Assembly (NCBI GenBank): GCA_001600815.1
Contig: BCKZ01000002.1
Span: 1,000,294 to 1,064,293 of the forward strand
Reading direction: 5' to 3'
Origin: Alloascoidea hylecoeti
Lineage: Eukaryota
DNA: 64,000 bases
The position numbers and the translations under genes were made by a program. Shown one piece after another: positions 22,153-32,891 of this stretch. Position 1 is the first letter of the stretch; each line of letters opens with the position of its first letter. Under the pieces are notes generated by a model that was not told the DNA's origin, ran no database searches, and saw only the letters and a list, made by a program, of their open reading frames with translations.

Positions 22153-23973
22153 ATGCCTATTTCACTTGATAATAATGAAGTCCCAGTCTCCGTTAACTTT
22201 GTGTTAACAAATACTACCATTAATCAGAACGATAACAATGCTAGCATTAATGGAATTTTTGAAAGCGGTAATTGCTATACGGACATGACTACGACTAGGA
22301 TTACAAATGTTGCCTCTACTAACCCTTCAAAACCGCGTGTGACATTACAACTTCATATCCCAATATCGGATCTAACTGAATCAAATTTGAATCCCTTTTT
22401 TACTAAATTTATCCTACACAACAATATCTTCGGAATTAAAGATTTAACGGCTTCTAATTATGAACATATTAATCACAAAGATGATGTCAATTATGATCAG
22501 AATATTATCCATCTGTCCGTATGGCGTAAATCGTGTCGACACAAAACATACATTGCCCTACAACAAGCAAAGGATTTTAAATCTTTTGAAAGAAGTTTAA
22601 AAGTTCGAAACCATGTTGTTTTTCTTGTTGAAGTGTTTGTTGATGTTAATGCTCTCGGAAATGGGAAAGGGAATGAGAATGAGAATGCTATGCGACCATC
22701 ACCTGCCTTACGCTTCCCACAACAAATTACAATTTTAAATTCTCCTCGTCCTACATCATCAGCATTAGCATCATTATGTGACATAAGTGTACAATCGGAT
22801 GATAATAACATTTATGAGCAAAATGAAGTTGCAAGAATCAATGTAGATAATGTAATAAATGATTTAAAGAGTGAGCTTAATATTATGATTCGCGATACTG
22901 TTTCTAATAAATTACATTCTGAGCTTGGAATCTTTAAATCTGAAACATTAGTTAAAAATACAATGGGGAAACTATTAGATGACCAAAATTTCTGGAATAA
23001 GATTGATAGCGCTGTTGATAATAAATTGGAAGAATTTGGTAAACGGAAATTACAGCAAGTGCAACAAGAACAGCAAGAAGAAATTCAAAATCAAAAACTT
23101 TTAGAATCAAATAGAATTGAGGATTTAAGGCAAGAATATGAAATGAAATTATCCACTATTGAGAATGGGTTTAAGGAAAATTTAAAGGAATTAGAGGAAG
23201 CTTTAAACAAAAAGATTATTGAATTACATTCGACTACTATGAGTACAGAATCTACTACAGATACTAATATTAATCTTGATTCAATCAGTAAAGCTTCATC
23301 TTCATCGTCAACCCCACAAATAAAGAGTATTAATCCTACAATGTCTTGTGAATCGTTTACCTCTTCTATATTAACTGAAATGGATGAACCAGAATTAGAT
23401 TTATCATCCATTAGACTGCGTAAAACAAATTTTAATAATATGTCACTTCTGAATAACAAACTGGAATCAATCTCAACTGATCCGTACATGGCAAATATCC
23501 CAAGATCTTCTAGAAGGAGCAATACTGGCATCAAACCACTCAAACCATCATTTACCTTTCCTGAATCAATACCTGGTAATCCAAAAATTGAGGATTATAC
23601 CCGTGCACCATCTTCATTACTTCCAACAAAACGGAAAGTAATTGGCCTAAGTGTTAAAGAACGACGCTTATTATTTGAATCCCAACAACAATTAAAACAA
23701 CAACTATTAAAGGATCAACAATTACAAAATGACACCTTGTTATCTGATATAGCAAGTTCACTATTAACTAATGACAGTCTTAAACATGAGAATAATTTAC
23801 ATCGTCCTTCAAGTGGTTCTTTGAGAAAAATCGATTTAAATTTGAATTCTGCTACAACACCAAACAAAGCTGCAACTCAACAATTAAGAAATATAACACC
23901 AGTTGGAAGTGTAACAGAAGTAGAATTTAATAAAGAAAATATTAACACTGGTATTGATGGTCATGAAAATTGA
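22153..23973 (+). CDS. Uncharacterised protein with central coiled coil and low-complexity C-terminus
   Basis: Long ORF; first ATG at 22153 (MPISLDNN...); Q/E/K heptad-like segment. Confidence 0.75.
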   Translation: MPISLDNNEVPVSVNFVLTNTTINQNDNNASINGIFESGNCYTDMTTTRITNVASTNPSKPRVTLQLHIPISDLTESNLNPFFTKFILHNNIFGIKDLTASNYEHINHKDDVNYDQNIIHLSVWRKSCRHKTYIALQQAKDFKSFERSLKVRNHVVFLVEVFVDVNALGNGKGNENENAMRPSPALRFPQQITILNSPRPTSSALASLCDISVQSDDNNIYEQNEVARINVDNVINDLKSELNIMIRDTVSNKLHSELGIFKSETLVKNTMGKLLDDQNFWNKIDSAVDNKLEEFGKRKLQQVQQEQQEEIQNQKLLESNRIEDLRQEYEMKLSTIENGFKENLKELEEALNKKIIELHSTTMSTESTTDTNINLDSISKASSSSSTPQIKSINPTMSCESFTSSILTEMDEPELDLSSIRLRKTNFNNMSLLNNKLESISTDPYMANIPRSSRRSNTGIKPLKPSFTFPESIPGNPKIEDYTRAPSSLLPTKRKVIGLSVKERRLLFESQQQLKQQLLKDQQLQNDTLLSDIASSLLTNDSLKHENNLHRPSSGSLRKIDLNLNSATTPNKAATQQLRNITPVGSVTEVEFNKENINTGIDGHEN

Positions 23974-25824
23974 TTCTTATTTCATCGCAGGTTTCAAAGC
24001 AAATTGATAATGAAACCAGGTAATCTCATGGGGGGAAATGACTTAAATTGCATATTTTTTTTTTGAGGATAAATTATAAACTAAATATATACTTATATAT
24101 ACAAGCAAATACTGATGTAGCCTATAAATATTATTACTTTATGCTTAAGATTATGAAATCACAGAGTACATTATATAGACTCTACATTAATGTCAACTAA
24201 AATTTATTCTTGAGATTAACCGTAAAAGCTATCTTCAAAATAAAATGTCACTAATAGCCGCCCACAGATGTGCACCAAGACATCTTTTGAAAATTTAACA
24301 AAAATACTTACTGTTTATATAAAATGTAAATATCTTTAATGAGACACAGGAGAAACTATTGTTAAATTTTAAAAAATGGTTTTGGTACAGTTTTTTAGAG
24401 TACAAAGTTACTCACAACGTTAGTCCAAACCATATAAAAGAATGTTCTTCATTTTATATGGATTAATTAGCGCTATTTGCAAGTCACTATTCGTCATTCA
24501 TTATCTTCTAATTTGGTGCTTGCGTTGAAACTTACTTAGCCGAAACCTCTAAAATTAATTATATAACTTACGTATCAATACATGTGGTCATGGGTATTGT
24601 TTCTATTTTAATACAACAATCACAATCCATTTTTTTTCTAACACCTCAAACACCTGAGATGATTCTTTTGAAACTTTTATAAAGAGTTACTTTGCCTCTA
24701 CCGAAGGTGATGATTGAACTACCGAAGAACGGTGGCAGCCATGTGGCAGATGATATTCATATTAATATGATATAATTAGAGAGAGGATATCTGTGTAATT
24801 TGTAATTAACTGTTATATTTAAATTTAGTCAAATAATGTCAATCCGGGTAGCAATATGAATACATAGTTCAATATCTTTAATAGAATTAATCTTTAAAGC
24901 TCCCATAAACTTCTCAAATAACGAAATAATGTCTTTCTGGCATCTAACTTTTATGTTTCACTATGCTGAATATACACGGAAGCGAGGATTTGGGGTCGTT
25001 GAGGAGTCTTAATTTACAATCTCAGTATAATACGAAGGTAGTTGTTCTGTGCTGTTACCAAAACCCCCGGTGTTTTAGTAGAAAGTTCCAGGAAAGAAGC
25101 GCTCCATAAAAGCGAATTGTTTAATATAACAATCACTTTCACTAGAAACTCGCCAATAGTAATATTTTGGATGACTTGACTAACTCTTCCACCTAGCTTG
25201 AGTGAGATATAAGCTCTGTATGTCTGATTTAATTAGAAGAAAAATTGTTTAATCCGATCACAAACTATCGAGTAATAGAGCTTAAAATTCATCTATAGCT
25301 CCCTTTATTGTCTGAAGAATGATCTGACTAAATGTTGGTTCAGTTTTAACACAAAGCTCTATTCCTTTAAACTTTATACGTTCACGTTTTTTACCTAACT
25401 TGGTGCCTTAAAAGAATGATGCTAACGAGTCCAATGTAAAGTATGATCAGACCATAGCTACGCTTAATTGCTAGCTACTAGAAGCTAGGTATAAATAGTT
25501 TTATATTAGTGTTTATATAGTACATATACATTCTTATCTCATCTTGAAAGAATAAATCAATTCGACTTTATGAAGCACACAGGACTTCATACTGAAACTC
25601 TAGAAATCTCGGCAGGAATGTAATATTAACTGTGAAGGAGGGGGTCGAAATTAAGTGGATTAGCTTGTAAATATGACAAAAATAAAAATAAAATAAAATA
25701 AAATACTAAGTAATAATGACTAAAATAACAGAACAATACATAAAAAATATATAAAATAATAAACTAATAAAATTACATTTCTTTGAATCCTTTATTATTT
25801 TAAATTTTAAATTTTGAAATTAAA

Positions 25825-28038
25825 TTAAATTGTACTTTTTTTCCTCCAAAATAAACCTTTCGCTTTTGCAATTCCAATTGATCTTCTTTTTTTATCATGT
25901 CTATTATTAATTTTCTTATTCTCATCATCATTAATATTAGAAGTAGAAGTGATATTATCGTTATCACTATGATTATGATGACGTAATAAACCAGTACTAT
26001 AAGACCAAATTGAACTTGATCTTTTAACATCTTGTCCTTGTACTTGTAATTCTGGAATTGAATCATAATTACAAGAATAAGATCTTGAATGATTCATTGT
26101 ATTTGAATTTGTAATTGAATTTGAATTTTTGGATTCTAAAAAAGATTGTGGAGATCTAATTTCAGGACCTGGTTCACCAAAATTATTTATTTTATTTCTA
26201 TTGTTTACATTTGATGAAGTACTTTGTTTAATAAGTGATATTGATTTTAATTTCTGAGGATTAATATTTGGAGCTGCTGGATCTCTTGGAGTTGTTGTAT
26301 CTCTTGGAGTTGTTGAATTTTTAGGAGTTGTTGGATTTTCTGAAGATGATTCCATATTATTTAAAGAGGTTATTGAATTTTGAATAACTGAATTTAAATT
26401 AAAAGATTTCGATTTTGATTTTAGTCTTAATTTCAAATGAGATTTAAAAGAACGAGAACTAGAATTAGAAATAGAATTAGAAATAGAATTAGAAATAGAA
26501 ATAGAATTAGAATTATTTGAAGAATGTTTCGTAATTGTAATAGCATTTGTATTAGAATTAGTTTTATCATGAAATAATGAAGAAAGGAAACTATTACTTC
26601 TTTTATGATGATTATCATGTTGTTTTTCATTATCATTATCATATTTATGAATCTTCTTATTAATATGAACATTAATATTTTCCTTTTCCGAATGATCTAT
26701 TAAATTAGCAATTCTACCATTTGGAGAATCATTAAAAGATGCAGCAATAGAATCAGATATTGAGTTATCTCTTGGAACAGCATTAAAAGAATTAGAATCT
26801 TTTGAAACGGAAATTGAATTATCTCTTGAATTCGAAATTGAATGCCCATGAGTTATTGATTTTAATCTTTTGACTTCAAATAAATTACCGGATAATGAAC
26901 GAGAATGAGAATGAGTCCTTGAACTTTTTCGGTTTTTATGATTTGAATTTGAATTTTCCACTGAATTTGTGTTTGATTGAGATATTTTTACAGTTGCATC
27001 AGAATCGGAAGTTGAAGATCTTCTAGATCTATGAGGAGAATCATAGACAACAGGTTGATAATTTAAGCCATTAATATTAATGGTTGGTAGTAAAGTATTA
27101 ATGTCATTATTATTAGTAATATTATTATTAGGAGGGAACGAAAAAGAAGGATCCAAATTTGATTTTTGGGAAGGAAACGAATGAAAGTGATTTGGTTTTA
27201 AACAAGACTTTAAGCTCTGAGCTTGGGATTGAGAATTTGATTTCCAATGAGGTTGAGAACGGTTTGAACGGGAGGCCGGAGAGGACCTGACCGGAGAAGA
27301 AGAATTTGACCTGTGCAAGGAATATGGAAGCGGGGGCAGTGTAGGAGGCTTCATGTCTAGCAACAGCGCAGCACCTTCAGTGGCACTGGCCGAACTCAAG
27401 GTCCTGACATGGGAAGGAAGTGTCAAACTCTCAGTGCTTTTCATGGCATTCGACAGGGCATTTGAAGTGTCGTAGTAGTTCTGGTACCGGGCAGCCCGTG
27501 CCCGACTGGCCGGACGGGATATTTGCATTTCGTGGGAGATTTGGGACAAGGCATCCGTGGAAGACGAAGAATCCGCAACGTCGACGTTTTCCTCTTCCGA
27601 TTCCTCAGCAATGGCCTCGTCGTGGCTGGTTCGTTTGTTTGCCGGACGGGCAAAGAAGTCGCACGATAAGTCCGGTGCAGATTCAGAACGTCGGTGGAAG
27701 GTTTTTAACCCCAGAGCCTCATCCAAGTCAATTTTGGCCTCAGGGATTTCGTAGGATCTGGAGGGCTCGTCGGAGCTCACGCTGGCTGGGCTGGCTGGGC
27801 TGGCTGAGCTGGCGGTGGAGGAGCATTCCGAGGTCGAGGCTGAGGCAGACGTGGTGCTGGGGGTTCCATCCTGGGTGCCGTCCTGGGTGCCCTGGCCCAG
27901 ACTCTGGCTGGCGTGAGTGCCTGTCCCCTGTACCACTGGCACTGCTGGCACTGCTGGCACTGCTGGCAAGAAGAAGTCCAGGTCAAAGTCGCCGGAGACC
28001 GCCGCAGACCGCCGGTGTTGGTGGGATCTGTAGGACAT
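25825..28038 (-). CDS. Ser/Asn-rich low-complexity protein with HRRSAAVSGDF and HRRSESAP motifs
   Basis: Likely start ATG at 28038 (MSYRSHQHRRS...); the longer ORF-track start would overlap PBN1 antisense; several RRxS motifs. Confidence 0.75.
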   Translation of the reverse strand: MSYRSHQHRRSAAVSGDFDLDFFLPAVPAVPAVPVVQGTGTHASQSLGQGTQDGTQDGTPSTTSASASTSECSSTASSASPASPASVSSDEPSRSYEIPEAKIDLDEALGLKTFHRRSESAPDLSCDFFARPANKRTSHDEAIAEESEEENVDVADSSSSTDALSQISHEMQISRPASRARAARYQNYYDTSNALSNAMKSTESLTLPSHVRTLSSASATEGAALLLDMKPPTLPPLPYSLHRSNSSSPVRSSPASRSNRSQPHWKSNSQSQAQSLKSCLKPNHFHSFPSQKSNLDPSFSFPPNNNITNNNDINTLLPTININGLNYQPVVYDSPHRSRRSSTSDSDATVKISQSNTNSVENSNSNHKNRKSSRTHSHSRSLSGNLFEVKRLKSITHGHSISNSRDNSISVSKDSNSFNAVPRDNSISDSIAASFNDSPNGRIANLIDHSEKENINVHINKKIHKYDNDNEKQHDNHHKRSNSFLSSLFHDKTNSNTNAITITKHSSNNSNSISISNSISNSISNSSSRSFKSHLKLRLKSKSKSFNLNSVIQNSITSLNNMESSSENPTTPKNSTTPRDTTTPRDPAAPNINPQKLKSISLIKQSTSSNVNNRNKINNFGEPGPEIRSPQSFLESKNSNSITNSNTMNHSRSYSCNYDSIPELQVQGQDVKRSSSIWSYSTGLLRHHNHSDNDNITSTSNINDDENKKINNRHDKKRRSIGIAKAKGLFWRKKSTI

Positions 28039-28140
28039 AACGAGTGTTGTGGGTTGTGGCCCAAATAGTTGGTTTGTCCAAAAAGTTGGGTGTTGCAACC
28101 AAAAATATAAACAACGCACACCCATCCACTTCCTCAGCAA

Positions 28141-29496
28141 ATGATTCAACATAGAGTATCCCTGATTTTGGACGACCAACTGTTCCTCTCCGACGACAAC
28201 GACTGGGATTTTGGTCCGGACGGCCTCTCGTTCTCCGTCCCAAGCCCTGTCCCGCGTCAGGACCGCTTCTCCCTCGACCCGCAACATGTCCATTTCTGGT
28301 CGCCCCACAACTTCAGGCTGGCCTGGGCTTCTCCCTACGGATATCCCCGCACCGTTCCATTCACAGCGGTAATAAAGCCGGGATTATTGCTGGACATCAA
28401 CTCGGATCATCTTGACCCGGAATGGTTAGCTAGCTTGAACTCTCTTTTGGGTCTAGACGTCCCCCAAGACGCGTTCATTTCCACCCCAACAGGTCTTTCT
28501 TACTACTCCCAAGTTAAACCAAACATTTCCTCAATAACTTCATCTATTTTGGATACTGATCAATTCTCGCATTGCGACTCTTTTGAAGTGATTTACTCAA
28601 ACCATAAGTTGACCCTCCAATTCTACACTTCATCCTTCAAATCGGTCCCTCAAACAACCATCCATCAATCCTCGAGAACTGAATTGGAAGTTGGAATATT
28701 ACACATTCAACATGCTGCTTCGACTGAAGACGATATAAGTCTGGCTGGTATCATTTTCAAACCTTCTGCTCATAATTCATTACCAACAAAAACTTTAATT
28801 CATATAACTCCAAGGCATCGATCCATTTCTTCTTCTTATAAGTCTTATTTTGAATTGCCTACTGGTTTACATCCTAAAAATATTATAGATCTACAAGATT
28901 TGAAATCTCCTTTGGAACCATCATGTAAATTATTTGCCCATTACACTGTCCCAAATGCTTTATTTTTTGATAAATATCAATTAGAAACAAAAAAAGATTT
29001 AAATTTAATTGGTCTTTGGGGTGCAACTGATTTAGAAGATCCATCATGGTTAACAGATCAATTTGGTTCTCAAGCTTTATTTGAATTAAATTCTTCATCA
29101 TCTACTTTTGAAGTTCCATTACATTCTCGTTATCAACTTCCTTCATCTTCATCTTCATCTTCATCTTATATGTCTTTACATAAAATTCCTTATCCAACAG
29201 TCTTTTGGGCATGTGATTCAGATAATAATTATATCGATCAATTGTTATCAAATCCTTTTGATCCAATTAATTTAGAAATTGGTGATTACCAATCATTATT
29301 TACTCCAAATACTGTATTTTATCATATCAATGAAAATGATAAAAATTTAGAAATTAATTATACAATCCCAACTATACCTAAAAATGTTTATTCAATTGTT
29401 AATTTATTTACTTTATTCATATTAATTGTTGGTTTTATTTGGTTTATCTTTAAATTTTTAACAATTAAAGCTAAAAGAAATTTAAAAAATGATTAA
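28141..29496 (+). CDS. PBN1: GPI mannosyltransferase I accessory subunit (PIG-X family)
   Basis: GLHPK, LFFDKYQL, WGATDLEDP and VPLHSRY motifs; C-terminal TM helix with basic tail. Confidence 0.9.
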   Translation: MIQHRVSLILDDQLFLSDDNDWDFGPDGLSFSVPSPVPRQDRFSLDPQHVHFWSPHNFRLAWASPYGYPRTVPFTAVIKPGLLLDINSDHLDPEWLASLNSLLGLDVPQDAFISTPTGLSYYSQVKPNISSITSSILDTDQFSHCDSFEVIYSNHKLTLQFYTSSFKSVPQTTIHQSSRTELEVGILHIQHAASTEDDISLAGIIFKPSAHNSLPTKTLIHITPRHRSISSSYKSYFELPTGLHPKNIIDLQDLKSPLEPSCKLFAHYTVPNALFFDKYQLETKKDLNLIGLWGATDLEDPSWLTDQFGSQALFELNSSSSTFEVPLHSRYQLPSSSSSSSSYMSLHKIPYPTVFWACDSDNNYIDQLLSNPFDPINLEIGDYQSLFTPNTVFYHINENDKNLEINYTIPTIPKNVYSIVNLFTLFILIVGFIWFIFKFLTIKAKRNLKND

Positions 29497-30456
29497 TTAT
29501 GAAACAATCAAATACATAGCAAAATTAATACATGTAAATTAATATAAAGTTATAGCTGAAAATAATTATAATAGATATCCAAAAGATATTCCATCAATAT
29601 CAATTGTAATAAACTTTAAAGAGTCCCTATGAAATCACCCTTTGGAATTCTATCGTTATCGTCATTCTTCCGGATAAAAAATCCTTGTAATTGTTTTATC
29701 ATTATTTAAATTATCCGAAATTTTCTTTCCATTATCAATATATCAAGGAATATAAAATTATGTGTGAACATAATACAATTGCAACATATAAGGCTAACCG
29801 CGTAAGTCAGAATTTTTATACGACAAAATGTCAGAAAAAAATGTACGTACTTGTGTAATACATATTCTTTGACAAAGGACGAGATAAGTCAAAATTTTAA
29901 AAGTTAGAATACATTCAATTGGTGTGGATTCGAAAAGGCTTGGTGCTTTAAATATGGATGGTAATGTTGTTGTCTATGATTTTACTGAAAACTCAAGGAA
30001 AAAATATTTAAAACATTTAATTTATAATCTAATGAAAATATCGATATCATTGTATCCTTGGTTGCTTTAAGTTTCGAATGCAATTGAAATAAAATTTAAT
30101 GGGGTTAACTATAGAATGAAATTCGAAGCGTAATAATACCTAAGCCTAGTAGTATATTAATATCGGGAAGTTGTCGATACGGCTTTTCTACCTTATGGAT
30201 GATGTAGTGAGATTGTCATTCCTGATGGACCTCAACTTTGAGAGCGCTACCAATTTTAGAATTTTTTCACCGATAGTGTAGGAAAGTTCTAGTGTCAGTA
30301 GTAAACACCAAAGCAAGTCTTGTACTCAATAGAGTTCAAATTAAAAAAGCTGCGGTGCAGTCTCATATTTTATTTTACATTTGTTAAGAGGACGTTTGTA
30401 CTTATTTGTTCAGATTTCACTACAAAATTGTACATTTTGTCCCCCCATACATCAGA

Positions 30457-30705
30457 ATTATTCGAACGACCATTCGGGAAAGCTTTAATGTGAAGCCTTT
30501 ACTACTAATATCGACCACTTGCTGACCTGTATATTCGCCCACGTTTGCGTAAATATTAACCCAGATGTTAAATTATAAATTCGACCATACTGGACCACAT
30601 CATATTCGACATTTTCTTAAATAAAATTCGACCACTTCTTGAATTAAATATTCGGTCACACCGTGAACTAGTATTCGAGCATACCGACTAAAATAATCGG
30701 CCAGG
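30457..30705. repeat. Degenerate ~23-bp tandem array with core AWATTCGACCAC
   Basis: Core TCG at 30511, 30535, (30557 degenerate), 30581, 30606, 30628, 30652, 30675, 30697; spacing 22-25 bp. Confidence 0.75.
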
Positions 30706-31280
30706 AAGGTGTTTGCTCTGGTGGAAGGTCCTTATACTCCTCAGTTAAGCCCCCTTCGAGGGAACTTGTGGTTTGCGTTGAATGTGTCAATCGCATGTGT
30801 GGTTCCCCCATGAATCTTAAATAAATTCCTAAAAATGTGTAGAATTCATGGCCTAAAGATCTCGGAGATATAAAATTGCAAACCATTCTTGGAGACTCTA
30901 TACAATATACAATATTATTGTATCTTACATTAAGAATATAAGATCTATCAAAATGTCTAAGCATATGTAAATTATAACTATCTTATCTATATTATAGCAA
31001 TTTCAAGCACGCAATGAAACACCTTAAGTTGATATATTGAACAAAATCTTGAACAAAATCTTTTGCCACCAATATTAATATACTACCAAACCATTAAAAT
31101 TGATATTATGCATGTGCACGGGTTTACCTTCTTAATCTAGCCATCTAATCTATTGTCACCAGTTATAAAACAGTTATCAGAGTCCCTTCTATTAGAATAT
31201 TTAGTATTTTTTATACACTCTATTGGCATTGAACAGAAAACAAAAAAACTATTTAGTTATCAACAGTTCTCGAGGACACA

Positions 31281-32687
31281 ATGGCCAAATCACAAGTAAT
31301 TATTATTGGTGCAGGAATATCGGGACTAAAAGCAGCTGCAGATCTCATTCAAGCGGGGGTTAGCGTTTCAGTTTTAGAAGCAACAGACAGAGTAGGAGGT
31401 CGTTTAATGACAGATCGAACCACAGGTAGTGGGCCCTATGAAATTGGTGGTGCTTGGTTTCATGACACATTATGCAATCCATTATTTGATATTGCCAAAG
31501 AGAAAGGTATGAGTGTTTATTATGATGATAGTGAGCTATATCATTACAACGAGAGTGGTTTGATTGAACCAATGTCTAAAGTTCGAAGAGTTGCCGAAGA
31601 AATTCAAAAGTACATGGTTTTAGAATATAGAAAAAATCCAGATAAACCAGATATAAGTTACCATGAGATGTGCAAAGAATATTTGAGAACTCATGATACT
31701 TATCTTACTGAAGATCAAAAAAAATATGCCCCACAGATCGCAAGGGCCAGTGTTGAATTTTGGGCTGGTGTTTCATGGGATGAGTTATCAGCAAAGTATT
31801 CAGAGCCAGTTATGGAGGGTAGAAATGCTTTAGCAGTTGATGGGTACGATAAAATTATCGATATTGTTAAATCACCTATTCCTGAGAACGTAATTAAATT
31901 AAATACAAAAGTTGAAAGCATCGACTATACTTCCATGACATACGGAGAGATAAAAATTTCTACTAATAAAGGAATATTCATCGGTAACTATGTGATCATT
32001 ACCGTTCCATTAAGTGTTCTTCAATTAAAGAAAAACGAAGAAGCATCAATTGAGTTTGTCCCTTCTTTGCCATCATCATTACAACATTCCATAAACTCGA
32101 GCTCATTTGCAGCTCTAGGGAAAGTTATATTTGAATTTGACTCTATATTTTGGCCAAATCAAGAACGTTGGGTATGCAATGGAAATACTGAGGAGTATCT
32201 TGATTTGCAATTGTCTTTTGATCCAATTAAAGACAAACACTTTCCAGAACTTCCTCCAAAATGGTCATATCCCCTCTTCTTCGTAAACATGGGTCTTATT
32301 ACTGGGAAGCCTTATTTAATATGCTTGACGTGTGAGCCATTAACCCAACTCTTTGAATCTGACCCGGAGAAGGCTTACCAATACACCAGACCTATGTTAC
32401 AAGTATGCTGTGGATTTAAATCCATTTCTGATGTCCCTAAGCCCCGGCTTATAACAACTACTAAATGGACGAAAAATCCATATTCTAGAGGATCCTACTC
32501 AGGTATCAAAGTGGGAGATGATCCCGATAGCAGTATTGAAGGATTGATTGAAGGATACGGTAACATTCGATTTGCTGGTGAGCATACAGTTGATGAAGGA
32601 GGAGGATGTGCTCATGGAGCCTGGAACAGTGGTAAAAGAGAAGCGAATTATATTCTAACTAGAATAGAACATAACAGTAAGTTGTGA
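31281..32687 (+). CDS. FMS1: Flavin polyamine oxidase with PTS1 (-SKL)
   Basis: IIIGAGISGL FAD motif, EATDRVGGR, GGAWFHD, WTKNPYSRGSYS, FAGEHT..GCAHGAWNSGKREA. Confidence 0.88.
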   Translation: MAKSQVIIIGAGISGLKAAADLIQAGVSVSVLEATDRVGGRLMTDRTTGSGPYEIGGAWFHDTLCNPLFDIAKEKGMSVYYDDSELYHYNESGLIEPMSKVRRVAEEIQKYMVLEYRKNPDKPDISYHEMCKEYLRTHDTYLTEDQKKYAPQIARASVEFWAGVSWDELSAKYSEPVMEGRNALAVDGYDKIIDIVKSPIPENVIKLNTKVESIDYTSMTYGEIKISTNKGIFIGNYVIITVPLSVLQLKKNEEASIEFVPSLPSSLQHSINSSSFAALGKVIFEFDSIFWPNQERWVCNGNTEEYLDLQLSFDPIKDKHFPELPPKWSYPLFFVNMGLITGKPYLICLTCEPLTQLFESDPEKAYQYTRPMLQVCCGFKSISDVPKPRLITTTKWTKNPYSRGSYSGIKVGDDPDSSIEGLIEGYGNIRFAGEHTVDEGGGCAHGAWNSGKREANYILTRIEHNSKL

Positions 32688-32891
32688 TATAGCAAGTGTA
32701 TATTATATAATCTTTCTGAAACTTTATAGATACAGACTTTCTCGTGCATTATCGGCCACTAACTTGCATATATAATACAAAACTTCCACGTTTTTCCTCT
32801 TCTTTCTCTTTTTATTTCCTTGGTCCGGTATGACCCAATAGTATTACCATAGAAACTACTTGTTTTTTTATCTTGAGACATAATATTATTA

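Noticed and set aside
24255..24264. URS1-like TAGCCGCCCA in the gap between convergent genes
   Set aside because: Could not build a credible downstream gene model; a single 10-mer may be chance
27420..28308. Multiple overlapping ORFs and the 90-aa N-terminal extension of the 827-aa ORF
   Set aside because: Expected from stop-codon scarcity in the GC island; the extension overlaps PBN1 antisense
30457..30705. CRISPR-like repeat/spacer array
   Set aside because: Eukaryotic context, ~12-bp degenerate core, ~11-bp spacers, no cas genes
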